Part shown: positions 37,892 through 47,934 of the stretch, piece after piece
Layout: each line of letters begins with the position of its first letter
Numbering within the stretch: the stretch's first letter is position 1
IMG/VR virus record: IMGVR_UViG_3300048599_000737
Span: 11,870 to 75,869 of that record
Length of the DNA: 64,000 bases
Reading direction: 5' to 3' (one strand)
Source of the DNA: a virus
Lineage: Duplodnaviria > Caudoviricetes
Made by a program: the position numbers and the translations under genes
The notes under the pieces: model-generated
Seen by the model: only the letters and a program-made list of their open reading frames with translations
The model's database searches: none
Told to the model about the DNA's origin: nothing

Positions 37892-39483
37892 TATTGAGGG
37901 GCGTAAAGGTTGCGCATCCGCAACGCGTTCAGGGCGTCATCATACGCGGATACACCATCGGAAACCTCCGGCTGAAAACTGGGCGCGAAGAGCCCGGCCT
38001 CGGGCGCGATTGAGGCTCCAGCGGGAATCGCCTGGGCTTCAGGCATTGGCGCCACCATCACATTGGCCTGCGGGGTTGCGGCAACACTGGCGTTTGGCAC
38101 CATGACTACCTGTCCCATAGCGGGTGCGGGCGCTGGGCTCCGAATGCCGGACCGCCCCCACACCTCAACCATATGGTGCATCCATTGCAGGTCTTGAGGG
38201 GAGGCTCCAATGGCTGGCTGAGCCGCCATGGCCGCCGGAGAACCACCCAGCATGACCGGTCCGCCTGAAGGCACGAACTGCACTTGGTTATTCTGGTCGA
38301 GCGTGAAAACGCCGGCTCCGCTGGGAGCGGGAAGCGGTCCATTCTTGAAGAGCTCCGGAACCCCGCCCCGGGTTCCCAACGCCGCTGCGGGCGGGGTGAT
38401 AACCGGCTGCGAATAGGACTCTCCCCCGGCACTCTCTCCGAATGAGATCGGGGGCGCTCCAGGGGCCGGAGCCAACACCGGGTTTAGCGGACGGACCGAG
38501 GCGGCGGGAGCGGCCGCTGGCTTCTGTTTGTCCCGGAGCATCCATTCATCGGCCAGATTGGATGAGCGGGAGGCCCAAAAGCGCGGCACCGTGCGCCCGT
38601 TCTCGCCGGGCATCAGGTCCAGGTTATGTTCCTGCTTATCCAGGAGCTGCAATTCGCTCTTGGCCGCGGCCAGCTTGGCGGCGGCGCCTCCGGCCAGAGT
38701 CCCATTCTGGTGCAGCCACTGCGATTGCATCGCCTGATGGTAGCCGTTGAAGGTCTGCATGAAGTCGGCGAACGAATTGGTCTTCTTGAGCGCCTCCTCG
38801 AAGGAGGCACCCTGCCCGACCAAGTTCCCGACCTCTGGACGGCTATTGAGAAAAGCCTTCTGAGCTGCCATCGCCGCCTCGGCCTTGGTGGACTGGGCAG
38901 CCAACTGCGCCACCTGTTGAAACGCGGGCGCGTTGGCGCTCAAGTATCCGGTCAGTTCCTCCCGCCGCTTACGAATAGACACCTTCGCCTGGGCATCCGC
39001 CTGGGTATTGGCCTCCACCTGCTTGGCAGCGGTTTCATCCACCCGGTTCTTGTAGGCCGAGTCGCCCTCTCCGGCCAGGCGTGCGGGCACCACACCCCCG
39101 ACTTGGTTGCGCAAAAAGGCTACCGACTTTTCGAGACTGTTCAGATCATGCTTCTGCCGGATCTCCTCCAAGGCCGTCTTGGCCCGCAGCTCGGCCACAT
39201 GGGTCATCCGGTCATCCCGCATCTGCTCGCGTTGAAGCTGCATCCCATGCTGCTCCCTGGCGATCTGCAACTGCCGGTCACTGACCCGCCGGTTGAGATC
39301 CACCGCTTCGGCGTGCTGGAGCTGGTTCATCAGGAATTGGTTGCGAGCCGCGTTGGCATTCTCGACGGCTTGAGCCACGGGAGCAGCGGCGGCCGAACCG
39401 GCACGCACCCAATCCACGGGATTAGGCGCTTGATACCCGTAATCCAGGACTCGAACTGGGGGTGAAATAACTTCTCCAGGCAT
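37891..39483 (-). CDS. putative internal virion/ejection protein
   Basis: 530 aa, Ala/Gln-rich coiled coil plus Pro-rich tail; position between pilot-like and giant genes. Confidence 0.6.
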   Translation of the reverse strand: MPGEVISPPVRVLDYGYQAPNPVDWVRAGSAAAAPVAQAVENANAARNQFLMNQLQHAEAVDLNRRVSDRQLQIAREQHGMQLQREQMRDDRMTHVAELRAKTALEEIRQKHDLNSLEKSVAFLRNQVGGVVPARLAGEGDSAYKNRVDETAAKQVEANTQADAQAKVSIRKRREELTGYLSANAPAFQQVAQLAAQSTKAEAAMAAQKAFLNSRPEVGNLVGQGASFEEALKKTNSFADFMQTFNGYHQAMQSQWLHQNGTLAGGAAAKLAAAKSELQLLDKQEHNLDLMPGENGRTVPRFWASRSSNLADEWMLRDKQKPAAAPAASVRPLNPVLAPAPGAPPISFGESAGGESYSQPVITPPAAALGTRGGVPELFKNGPLPAPSGAGVFTLDQNNQVQFVPSGGPVMLGGSPAAMAAQPAIGASPQDLQWMHHMVEVWGRSGIRSPAPAPAMGQVVMVPNASVAATPQANVMVAPMPEAQAIPAGASIAPEAGLFAPSFQPEVSDGVSAYDDALNALRMRNLYAPQ

Positions 39484-39486
39484 AGA

Positions 39487-40569
39487 TTACCATCCTCCAG
39501 CGGTGATTTCGGAACCGAATGACGGACTGACTGTGCCCGAACTCGTGGCGTCATAGGAAAGTCCGGGAGAGGAAATCGTGCTACCGAAGGCGGGAGTGGA
39601 TTCCACCCCGGCCGTCTGGCTGCTATAGAGATTCCCGCCGGACAAGCCGGTCCCGGTTGTGGTTTGCCCGGCTTGCCACGCCTTGATCTGAGCGAGCATG
39701 TTTTGCTGATTCTGCTTCTGGCTGTAATAGTTCATGGCGGCTCCGGCAATTTGACCGCCCGCTCCAGAGACCACGCCCATGGCATTGGCTACCCCGCTAT
39801 TGGGTCCACCGGTCGGTAACGGCTGGTATTGGAACGGCCCGGTATAGCCCAGCTTGAGCATGTTGAACGGCTGCATGCGCTGCCCGATGCTCTGGAGCCA
39901 CTGGTCACTGGGCATGAACGCCAGGTCGCCGTTCTGCTTGGCCATCTGAAACGGCAGATTGATATTCTGCATCGGCATCGTGATGTCGCCGTAATTGCGA
40001 ATATCAGCGGTCTGCTGCAAGTTTTGGAGGGTGGCGGCACCCGTGGCGTCTCCGGCGGCTCGCCCGGCCTGAAACCGGAGCAGACGCCGGCCATAGGAAT
40101 CCCCCACCAATCCCCGGCTGGCCTGCTGAGAGTCGATGGCATCCAGAGTCTTATGCAGGGCATCGAGCGAGGAGCTGCGCGCCGTAGCCAGCCGTGCGGC
40201 CTGCACAGGCGCGGCATTACGCTCCATCCGCCGGGTAACCCCGCCGTCAAAGATGTCGTTGGTGAGGCTGGTGGCACCCTCTTGAGCCAGGGCAGTCCGT
40301 CCCACCGCCGACTGGAACGAGGAGAGCGGCATGGCGGACCGGTTGTAAGCCCCCACCAGGTCGTTACCCAGTTCCCCCTCGAACAATCCGCCATCCGCGC
40401 CCTTGAGGTACAGCGGCATGACCGCGCTGCCCGTCGAGCCGCGCGACTCTTGGAACATCTTATAGTTCAGCTTGTTGGCCTCCCGCTGCGAGTCTCTGGC
40501 GGTATTAGTGGCTCGGCGGGAAGAGTCGGCCTGCGTAAGGGCGCCGATCACTCCTGAGATTGCGGACAT
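39487..40569 (-). CDS. putative DNA transfer/pilot protein
   Basis: True start MSAISGVIGALTQADSS at 40569; Gly/Ala/Gln-rich; follows the GNAT gene as in P22-like podovirus layouts. Confidence 0.65.
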   Translation of the reverse strand: MSAISGVIGALTQADSSRRATNTARDSQREANKLNYKMFQESRGSTGSAVMPLYLKGADGGLFEGELGNDLVGAYNRSAMPLSSFQSAVGRTALAQEGATSLTNDIFDGGVTRRMERNAAPVQAARLATARSSSLDALHKTLDAIDSQQASRGLVGDSYGRRLLRFQAGRAAGDATGAATLQNLQQTADIRNYGDITMPMQNINLPFQMAKQNGDLAFMPSDQWLQSIGQRMQPFNMLKLGYTGPFQYQPLPTGGPNSGVANAMGVVSGAGGQIAGAAMNYYSQKQNQQNMLAQIKAWQAGQTTTGTGLSGGNLYSSQTAGVESTPAFGSTISSPGLSYDATSSGTVSPSFGSEITAGGW

Positions 40570-41021
40570 AGCACCTTTCTGTAGCCGCACTCGTAGAGCG
40601 AGTAACCGGCCTGTTCGTAGAACCCCTTCATTCTTTCGGGCATGGACGCCTGCATATAGATCATGGCCACGGTGGCGCACCCGCGCCGTCTGGCCCACAC
40701 CTCGAAACCTTTGAGCAGCCGGACCGGCCACAGCCCTCTTCGATGCTCTCGCTTCACGTACCAGAACAGCTCCACGGCACACAGTCTGCCGGTGAGCAAA
40801 TCGGGGTGAATCATGCCGCCAATTCCGCCGACGACCCTGCCGTCGTCCTCCTCCAGGAGCAGGATGATGCCTGCGCGCGACTGCAACGCTCCGCGCCAGA
40901 ACTGGCTGTAGTGGCTTTCGTCCAGCGGGCAATCGGGCAGGATGGCCGTGAACTCCCGGGCACATTCCAGGATGCGCGGCACATCGTCGATGGTGGCGGC
41001 AGTAATTCTCACAGGCGCCAT
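40548..41021 (-). CDS. GNAT-family acetyltransferase
   Basis: ATIDDVPRI...VELFWYVKREHRRG...LLKGFEVWARRRG...FYEQAGY. Confidence 0.88.
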   Translation of the reverse strand: MAPVRITAATIDDVPRILECAREFTAILPDCPLDESHYSQFWRGALQSRAGIILLLEEDDGRVVGGIGGMIHPDLLTGRLCAVELFWYVKREHRRGLWPVRLLKGFEVWARRRGCATVAMIYMQASMPERMKGFYEQAGYSLYECGYRKVLCPQSQE

Positions 41022-42019
41022 CCCTTCAGCCAGCCCCTGCCCATCCCTTCATTGATGAGCCCGGCGGTGACGAAGTTCGCCACCTCGCCATTCCGGGCTC
41101 GGTAAAACGGAGGACAGTTGATCTCATGCAGGTCCACGTTGGTCACGTCGTGCCAGGACACCAGCATCAGATTGACGCCTTCCACCAGAGTGTTGACGAA
41201 CACGCTCTTGTTCTCCCGCCCCACAACGGTGAGGAGCCGGACCTCCATCCCCGCCCCTTCCAGCCAATGGAGCATATCGGACACGAATATCTTTTCCGTG
41301 GGCTTTTGCTCCGCCCAGATACGCGAAGCGGCCTTGAGGCGGAAGGCCATCACCACATCGGAAAGCTCCTTGGCCAGAGCCACGGCTTTCAAAAAGCTCG
41401 CCTGCGAGTCCACCACCAGGAGCGCGCTCTCCAATTTGATCCCGGCGGCGCGGGCATGCGCAATCACATCCCTCCACTTGTCCGTCTCGGGATGGATCGA
41501 AAGATTCACGTTCGCGCACCCGCTATCGCCCAGAATCTGCGGCATGGACATGAGCTGGTCGAAGTACTCCCGCTCAGCCAGCCGGATTCCGTTGGTCAGC
41601 AGCTCAACTCCGCCATACCTGGAAACCTGCTCAATGATGACGGGCAGGTCCGGGCGAAGGGTGGGCTCGCCGCCGGTCAGGATGAACGGGCCGAGATGAG
41701 AATTGACCCGGCACTCCTGAACGATAGCGTCCAGCTCCAGCCCGACCGGCTCCCCTTGTTCCAGGTGATAGTAACAGTATCGGCAGCGCAGGTTGCACTG
41801 GCGTGTCACATCGACGAAGTAGCCGGCATAGATAGTCGCGGACTTGAGCCCCATGACGTAGGTGTAGAACACGGGGTCATGCTCCACCAGGCTGGTTTGT
41901 CGGCCATGCGCGCTGCACTCCTTTTCCATCTGGACGCCCTGTGGGTTCACCGTCACCACGGCAGGCACTTCCTTGTAGCAGACGGAGCAAAGCGAGGTAG
42001 TCAGTCGTTGCAGTTTCAT
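41009..42019 (-). CDS. radical SAM protein, MJ0619/Tes-like N-terminus, shortened
   Basis: TSLCSVC...KECSAHG N-terminal motif; CNLRCRYC (CxxxCxxC); TGGEPT; LLTNG. Confidence 0.88.
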   Translation of the reverse strand: MKLQRLTTSLCSVCYKEVPAVVTVNPQGVQMEKECSAHGRQTSLVEHDPVFYTYVMGLKSATIYAGYFVDVTRQCNLRCRYCYYHLEQGEPVGLELDAIVQECRVNSHLGPFILTGGEPTLRPDLPVIIEQVSRYGGVELLTNGIRLAEREYFDQLMSMPQILGDSGCANVNLSIHPETDKWRDVIAHARAAGIKLESALLVVDSQASFLKAVALAKELSDVVMAFRLKAASRIWAEQKPTEKIFVSDMLHWLEGAGMEVRLLTVVGRENKSVFVNTLVEGVNLMLVSWHDVTNVDLHEINCPPFYRARNGEVANFVTAGLINEGMGRGWLKGWRL

Positions 42020-42022
42020 AAA

Positions 42023-44305
42023 TCAGTTTTCAATCCAAGGCACACGGGTCACGCTGCCGGTATAGTTGGCGCTCGCATCCCGGGTAAACACAATGGCCGC
42101 CTCATCCCCGCTCGACTGGTCCACCTCAATGGTCATGTTGCACCGCAACGGACTGCCCCAGGCCGCGCCGTCCCCCGAGAGCGCAATGCTCTTCACATAC
42201 GAAAGGCTGGGGTAACGGGTAGCCGCGGCCCAAAAGGCGGACAGGTCGTTGGCGGCGGCGCTGGTGGTATTCCAATCCGTGCCGGAGATTTGGAATATGT
42301 GAATCAACCCAATCTCATCGGTGACGACATAGAGGCGCTTCTTGAACGGGTTGTATTGGAAGAAGGTCACCCGGGCGGCGCTGGAGGCCGGATGCCACTT
42401 GTTGAACTCGGCAATGTTGACAATCCCGCTATTGGTCAGGTCCAGGGAAGTTCCCACCACGGCGGCGGCCGTGCTCCCGACCGGGATGGAATACATGCGG
42501 AGGCCCGAAATCGTATGCCCCAGATTGTAGGAGCTGGAGCAGGCGTAAACCACGGTGATGCTGCCGCTGCTCTCGGTAATCCATGCCGGCTTGTATTCGT
42601 AGAAGCCGGTCTTGGTGCTGTTGATCTGCACCGGCTGCCACGTCCCGATGGTGGCAACCGACGCCGTCACCGAACCGTTCGGATTACCTTTGAGGTAGAG
42701 CGTGGTGTAGGTGTTGGAACTGGGGATGGCAACCTGCGAGCTCGTGAGATCCGTGTAGGTCGCCCCGTCAAAACTGTATTGGAGGTCGTTGCTCCCCTTG
42801 GTGATGGTGTAGGCAACCCCGGCGGAGATGGTCAGCGAGTAAAGCCCGGTGCTGTCATAGACCTGGGCGACCGGGACGATGTTGGTCGATGGATCTACCG
42901 CCGGCACCCGGTAGAGTCCCGCGTTGGAGGTAAAAACGCTGTCCACGCTCCCATCAGCCCGGGTGAACAGACCGTGGTTCTGATACCGGGGCTTGCCGGA
43001 GTTGGGCGCTGTCAGCGGGGTAGCGACATTGCTGGTAAGGTTGATAACACTGCCGCGAACCACAGCCGCATGGTTGGCGTAATTGAACACCAGCAACTTG
43101 TCGCCATAAGACACCGCCCCTTCGGGCTCGGCCAACGTATAGGTCAGGGCTGGAAAGACGTTAGTGCTGACATTACCCAGCTTCTGCGCTCCAATAACCA
43201 GCCGCCAGCTTCCGGTGGTGATAGCGGTTCCATTGAAAGTCGGAGTCGAAGCGCCGAGCTGAACGGTAACGTTCGTATCGTCAAAGACCGCTGCAAACGC
43301 GGGCGAGCCGTTGGCTAAGAACTGGTCCAGGCTCACATACTGACCAACGGCGGCGGTCGTGGCATCAGCGTCCACCTTTATCAGGGACGCGGTAACAACC
43401 GTTGGAATCTGCCCCAGACCGTGAGCCAGAGTCGTGCTGCCGCCAGCGGCTGGCAGAGCGATTTGGCCCGACGAATACAGCACCACGCCGCTTACGGTGT
43501 AGGAAATGGTGGAATCGCTCGACGAGCTGGAGGAATCACTCCCGCTGCCGCTCAAAAGCACGAAGCTGCCCGCCTTGTAAACCGCCGCAAACACCGAGCT
43601 GGCACCAATTTCATTTTCCACCAGCGCCTTGCCGTTCCTCAGGATGGGAATGTTGCCCAGGTTATTGACGTTGAGCGTGCTGGCCCCCGTGTTGGCGGTG
43701 GCGGTATAGACAAAGAACATCTGGCCGTCCTTGTAGGCGGAAACGGGGGCGGAGAGCGACAGGCTGGCGGTCACCGACGCCGAGGGGGTTCCGGTCAAGG
43801 TCACCATTGTCTGGGTCGCCGTGAAGGCACCGCCGCTGCTATCGCTGCTATCCCCTGAAAGCGTCAGGCTGGTATTGACGACCACTGAGGCGTCATTGGT
43901 GCCCTTGGCCCAGTAATACCCGTAGTTTTTGGTCAGGCCGGTGAGCACATAGTTGCCATTGGCATCGTAGGCCGCACCCGAAGGAATCAGATTGGTGCCG
44001 CCCAGCCCGCCTTTGGCGGTGATGGCGTATTTGTTGACCGTGCCCGAATCCGTATCCACCGGCACAATGGAGTAGAGCAGGCTCGGGTTGAGCGCCGCCA
44101 GCGTGACCGCCGCGGCCTGAAGCGACTCGGTGCTGACCGCATCGGCCACCAGCGTCCCGTCCGCGTTCAGCGCGGTGGAGAGGAGATTGGCCAGCGTCAG
44201 GCAATAGGACTTCAGGTTCGCCCAGTTGGCGTCCAGCTCGGCATCCAGCAGCGCCTCGCCCTTGAGGGCGCGCGTCACCAGCGTAGGAAATTGCGGTATG
44301 CTCAT
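42023..44305 (-). CDS. tail fibre/spike-like protein
   Basis: 760 aa, Thr/Ser/Gly-rich beta composition; NTGASTLNVNNLG segment typical of fibre proteins; lies in the tail module. Confidence 0.7.
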   Translation of the reverse strand: MSIPQFPTLVTRALKGEALLDAELDANWANLKSYCLTLANLLSTALNADGTLVADAVSTESLQAAAVTLAALNPSLLYSIVPVDTDSGTVNKYAITAKGGLGGTNLIPSGAAYDANGNYVLTGLTKNYGYYWAKGTNDASVVVNTSLTLSGDSSDSSGGAFTATQTMVTLTGTPSASVTASLSLSAPVSAYKDGQMFFVYTATANTGASTLNVNNLGNIPILRNGKALVENEIGASSVFAAVYKAGSFVLLSGSGSDSSSSSSDSTISYTVSGVVLYSSGQIALPAAGGSTTLAHGLGQIPTVVTASLIKVDADATTAAVGQYVSLDQFLANGSPAFAAVFDDTNVTVQLGASTPTFNGTAITTGSWRLVIGAQKLGNVSTNVFPALTYTLAEPEGAVSYGDKLLVFNYANHAAVVRGSVINLTSNVATPLTAPNSGKPRYQNHGLFTRADGSVDSVFTSNAGLYRVPAVDPSTNIVPVAQVYDSTGLYSLTISAGVAYTITKGSNDLQYSFDGATYTDLTSSQVAIPSSNTYTTLYLKGNPNGSVTASVATIGTWQPVQINSTKTGFYEYKPAWITESSGSITVVYACSSSYNLGHTISGLRMYSIPVGSTAAAVVGTSLDLTNSGIVNIAEFNKWHPASSAARVTFFQYNPFKKRLYVVTDEIGLIHIFQISGTDWNTTSAAANDLSAFWAAATRYPSLSYVKSIALSGDGAAWGSPLRCNMTIEVDQSSGDEAAIVFTRDASANYTGSVTRVPWIEN

Positions 44306-44308
44306 AGT

Positions 44309-44330
44309 GTTACCCTCTTTATGGTGTATC
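44309..44330. promoter_or_regulatory. 22-bp palindromic motif, copy 5
   Basis: GTTACCCT-CTTTAT-GGTGTATC, 3 nt from the fibre gene start. Confidence 0.65.
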
Positions 44331-44382
44331 TATTTAGCCCAAAACGCAAGCCTCCATCATTCAAACATGACGCCAGCTCGGT

Positions 44383-44607
44383 TTAGCTCTTCGTTGTCTT
44401 GGTCCGTAAGCTTTCAAGCTCCTTGGACATCGCGTCCATCCGCGTGTTCACCGCGCCCTGAACCGAAGCGTACCATTTATGAAGCTGCTCCTGGTGCTCC
44501 GCCGTCATGCCCGTGCGCGGGTCCGGCTCCGGCAGGTCGAGCTTGGGCCAGGTCATTCGGGCGTGTTCCGGCTTTTCAGTGGAGGTCTGTTCTTTCAATG
44601 CGCTCAT
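44383..44607 (-). CDS. small hypothetical tail-module protein
   Basis: Start MSALKEQ at 44607 with ATGA overlap. Confidence 0.55.
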   Translation of the reverse strand: MSALKEQTSTEKPEHARMTWPKLDLPEPDPRTGMTAEHQEQLHKWYASVQGAVNTRMDAMSKELESLRTKTTKS

Positions 44608-47027
44608 AATCTTCCCGCGCTCCGGCTGTTGACGGGCGTGGTCTGCCAAATCTGCTGCACCAGCTCAAACGGGTTGTTCCGACCGCCGAGGGTCAGGCGC
44701 GCGCCGATGTAACAGCCCATAAATGTGGGCTGCACCAGATTGTGACCGGCCTGAGGAGCCGGCACCGTCGCCGACTGGCAAAAGACCGGGCTGCCAGGAT
44801 TGATTCCCGTCTTAAAATCAATGGTCAGAACCGCATTCTGCGATTTGGAGGATGCCACCGGAATATAGCGGGTCACGAGCTTCTCAATATCCGAGGCGCC
44901 CAAATCGCCCAGGCCGGACTCGATCACCGAATCGTAAGGCTCCCCGTTACGATGCCAGATGCCTGGAAGCAGCATGAACCGACCGGTAGCCTGCGGAATG
45001 GCCCCGGTAAAAGTCATCTCGGTTGCTGAGGTGTATCCTGTGATGGCCACCGTATCACCAGAAGCAAACACGAGCGTCCGGCCCACATGCTCGGGGGCGA
45101 AGAAATCGGCCGACGCCCTCACCACTCCATCAGATGTAACCGAGGCTGTAACCTTTCCGGACTGAACCACCTTGGCGTCCCAGAGCCCGTAGCGCTGAAC
45201 CCCGCCGCTATCGTCCCCAAAGAGGAACAGCCAATCGTTTCGGGTCTTGCCCGGATGCTGGACCCTGGCTGCGGCAGCAATGGGCGCGCTGGTGGTCCGA
45301 CACGTCTTGTAGGCGTAGTCGTAGCACAAGGCCCGGTCCTCGCCGGTCCCCGTCCACCCCCAAACCCATTCCCGGGTCAGTGGATTTTCGCACACAAACG
45401 CGTTCTCAGGATCTTGCGCCGCGCCGTCAAAAAAGAGGCTTTGAGCCGCCTGCAACTCCGGGATTTCCTGCGGCGTCTGGGTAAACAGGTCGAACTTATA
45501 GAAAGCTTCCCTCCCGGCATAGACATGGCAGGAGCCGTAAAACCCACCGCCCGAGGCAACCACGGTATTGCGGTAATGCAGCGACTGGCCGGCGTTGGCA
45601 ATAACCACCTTCTGGAATTGGTAAGGGGTGGTCGTATCCCCGGTGAACGTGCCCTGGTAAACGACCGGGGTATCCTTATAAATGAGGATCTGATCCCGGA
45701 GCTGTAGCGCCTTGATGATAATCCCCCCATCATCGACCAAATCAATGAACGTCCCGGCGTAGCTGTCGGCGGCATCCAGCGGCTCCAGGCTCGCCTTAAG
45801 ATCCTCATCCCCGTCATAGGTGATGGGGTAAAGGACGGGATCGGAAATCAGGCACGACATGGCTATATCCTTGCTCGCGGCGATGACGCTCGTGCTCAGC
45901 GTCCCGCCGCCCGACCCCGCATAGAGCACTACAATGTCCAGCGAGCCGCCAACGAGCTTCGAGGTGGCATATCCCCCCGCCTGATTGAAGCGCACCAGCT
46001 CCGGAAGGGACCGAATTGGGTATTTAAACCGCAGCCTGCGGTCAAACAGGCTGGCCTTGACTGGAACCGTGGCCCCAAATCGCCGAGGCAAGCCCGGCAT
46101 AGACGGCAGCACCCGCCACGGGTAACGCTGCATCTTCGACGTATCGGCAAACACCCCGTATGCCTCCGACCGCTCCAGATACACCGTGCCCTCGGCAATC
46201 GCCTGCTGGGCGTCCGTGGTGATGGCGCCTTCGCTGGAAACGGAGGTGATCCGGACGGCCTCTCCGCTGTCCCAAAACAGGCAAAGACCTGGCGTTACCG
46301 TTGCGTCCGGGAACAGCTCCCCCGCCAGAACGGAGACAACCCCGGTCGCATCCTGCGAGGCGGCAAGGGCGGACTCCGCCGGAGCCATCAGGTCATCAAA
46401 AGCATTGTCGTTAATCTGCCACAGATCCATGCAGAGCAAATTGCCGTCATGAACCGCGATAGTCCCCACGCTCGCAATCTGCTGCTCGCGCAGCTCGTAG
46501 ATGGTATAGGCCGCCGGATCGCCGGGCCGGTAGGTCACTGGCAGGTCCACCCCGTTATTCAGGCATAGGTAGTCTCCCACGGCCACAGCCTCCCATCGCC
46601 GCCCGCTGGTGGATAGCCCCTGGGCAATTTGAATCCAGCCGTATTGCATCTCATCGACGTAACTGCCGGAAGCGAAGTAGTCTGATTCCCCGCCGGCACT
46701 CAGGCAGTAATGCCTCTCCTCCGTCCCCGTGTAGGCCCAGAGGGTCGTCGGATTTCCCGCAACAATCACCCGCTTTCCATCGCCACGCTTGGCCATGGCG
46801 ATTACCGTCAAAGCGGTCGCGGAGCCCGGAGGTGTCACTTGAATGTCTGAAGTCACCGACGGGCTTAAGACCAGCCCAGTGTAGCCTTCGGCGCGAATCT
46901 CCCGCTCCATCACCCGGCGCCAATCCCGTTTGACGATGTAGTTCGCCAAACCGGCGGATTCCGAGGACAGCCCGGGCATAAGTTTGCCGGGCTTAATCTG
47001 GATGGGAGGTGGAGGCTGTCTGGCCAT
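44604..47027 (-). CDS. putative tail nozzle / tubular protein B (P22 gp10 / T7 gp12 analogue)
   Basis: 807 aa, propeller-like beta-rich; position after the adaptor-like gene. Inferred from synteny and size. Confidence 0.6.
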   Translation of the reverse strand: MARQPPPPIQIKPGKLMPGLSSESAGLANYIVKRDWRRVMEREIRAEGYTGLVLSPSVTSDIQVTPPGSATALTVIAMAKRGDGKRVIVAGNPTTLWAYTGTEERHYCLSAGGESDYFASGSYVDEMQYGWIQIAQGLSTSGRRWEAVAVGDYLCLNNGVDLPVTYRPGDPAAYTIYELREQQIASVGTIAVHDGNLLCMDLWQINDNAFDDLMAPAESALAASQDATGVVSVLAGELFPDATVTPGLCLFWDSGEAVRITSVSSEGAITTDAQQAIAEGTVYLERSEAYGVFADTSKMQRYPWRVLPSMPGLPRRFGATVPVKASLFDRRLRFKYPIRSLPELVRFNQAGGYATSKLVGGSLDIVVLYAGSGGGTLSTSVIAASKDIAMSCLISDPVLYPITYDGDEDLKASLEPLDAADSYAGTFIDLVDDGGIIIKALQLRDQILIYKDTPVVYQGTFTGDTTTPYQFQKVVIANAGQSLHYRNTVVASGGGFYGSCHVYAGREAFYKFDLFTQTPQEIPELQAAQSLFFDGAAQDPENAFVCENPLTREWVWGWTGTGEDRALCYDYAYKTCRTTSAPIAAAARVQHPGKTRNDWLFLFGDDSGGVQRYGLWDAKVVQSGKVTASVTSDGVVRASADFFAPEHVGRTLVFASGDTVAITGYTSATEMTFTGAIPQATGRFMLLPGIWHRNGEPYDSVIESGLGDLGASDIEKLVTRYIPVASSKSQNAVLTIDFKTGINPGSPVFCQSATVPAPQAGHNLVQPTFMGCYIGARLTLGGRNNPFELVQQIWQTTPVNSRSAGRL

Positions 47028-47566
47028 TATTGCACTTTGTAGATCCAGCAGACGCTGTTACTGCTGATGGCCGGTAGAGCGGTCGGGTCCGGGGAAAGCT
47101 GCCGGATAAAGAACCCATACCAGCTATTGCTGGAGACCGTCAGCATCCCGGAGGCGAACACCGGGGTGGCGACCTGGTTGGAGGCGACCAGAACCACCCC
47201 GTTGGTGGAGCCAAAACCACACTCCCAGCCACGGGTTGAAGCTGTGGCCGACACCGCGCATTCGACATGATACACTCCGGGCGGAAGCTCCACCGCCAGA
47301 ACGGACGGAAAATAGGAGTTGGTGGAGGCCACCAGCGCCGAGCAATTGGTGGACGCCGAGACCACGATGGAGTTGGTCGCGTTCATCACAAAGAGCATCC
47401 CAAGCGCATCGGCCTGACCGCGGCTGAGCAGCAGCCTCTGCGACCAATCCGTGGTGTACGGAATTACCCGCACCGTGCCGGCTGGCGGGTTACCGGCAAA
47501 ATCCGGAAACGCGGGACACCGCATGGCGGCCGCAATGACCAGAAGGGTTGAAAACAAATTTCTCAT
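47027..47566 (-). CDS. hypothetical late protein with signal-peptide-like N-terminus
   Basis: Start MRNLFSTLLVIAAAMRCPA at 47566 (ATGA overlap). Confidence 0.6.
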   Translation of the reverse strand: MRNLFSTLLVIAAAMRCPAFPDFAGNPPAGTVRVIPYTTDWSQRLLLSRGQADALGMLFVMNATNSIVVSASTNCSALVASTNSYFPSVLAVELPPGVYHVECAVSATASTRGWECGFGSTNGVVLVASNQVATPVFASGMLTVSSNSWYGFFIRQLSPDPTALPAISSNSVCWIYKVQ

Positions 47567-47934
47567 GTCTGACTGGAAGGTTGAGCATTTCCCCCGGCGA
47601 ACTGCCAGGCCCCGCCATCCCACTCCAGCACCGCGCTGAAGGCCGTATTGTTGAAGATGAGGCTGGCAAAACCCACAAAGGCCCCCACTAACAGAAACGG
47701 GGCCGTGTTGGCGGCGGTCGAGCTATGGACGTACACCCGCTTGAACTGCCTCTGATAATTGCCGTTGGGCAACGTCAACCGGTAGGGCGAGTTATCGGAC
47801 TTGGGGCTGGTCTGCATCAAATAGGTAACATCCATTCCCAAATCGATGGCATCGTCGCCAAAGCAGTTCTGAACCGCGAACGATTGCACTGGCCGCAGCC
47901 AGGGAGGGGTTGGGGCGGGCGCCTGGGCGTTCAT
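47563..47934 (-). CDS. hypothetical structural protein
   Basis: Start MNAQAPAP at 47934 (ATGA overlap); beta-rich. Confidence 0.6.
   Translation of the reverse strand: MNAQAPAPTPPWLRPVQSFAVQNCFGDDAIDLGMDVTYLMQTSPKSDNSPYRLTLPNGNYQRQFKRVYVHSSTAANTAPFLLVGAFVGFASLIFNNTAFSAVLEWDGGAWQFAGGNAQPSSQT

Noticed and set aside
39487-40965. 492-aa version of the pilot-protein ORF (and other upstream-extended starts at 16922, 23485, 55715, 62309)
   Set aside because: Extensions overlap upstream genes in another frame; downstream ATGs with stop/start coupling or adjacent promoters are more plausible.
41126-43318. 730-aa plus-strand ORF
   Set aside because: Antisense shadow of the radical SAM and fibre genes; no motifs; expected from GC-rich codon bias.
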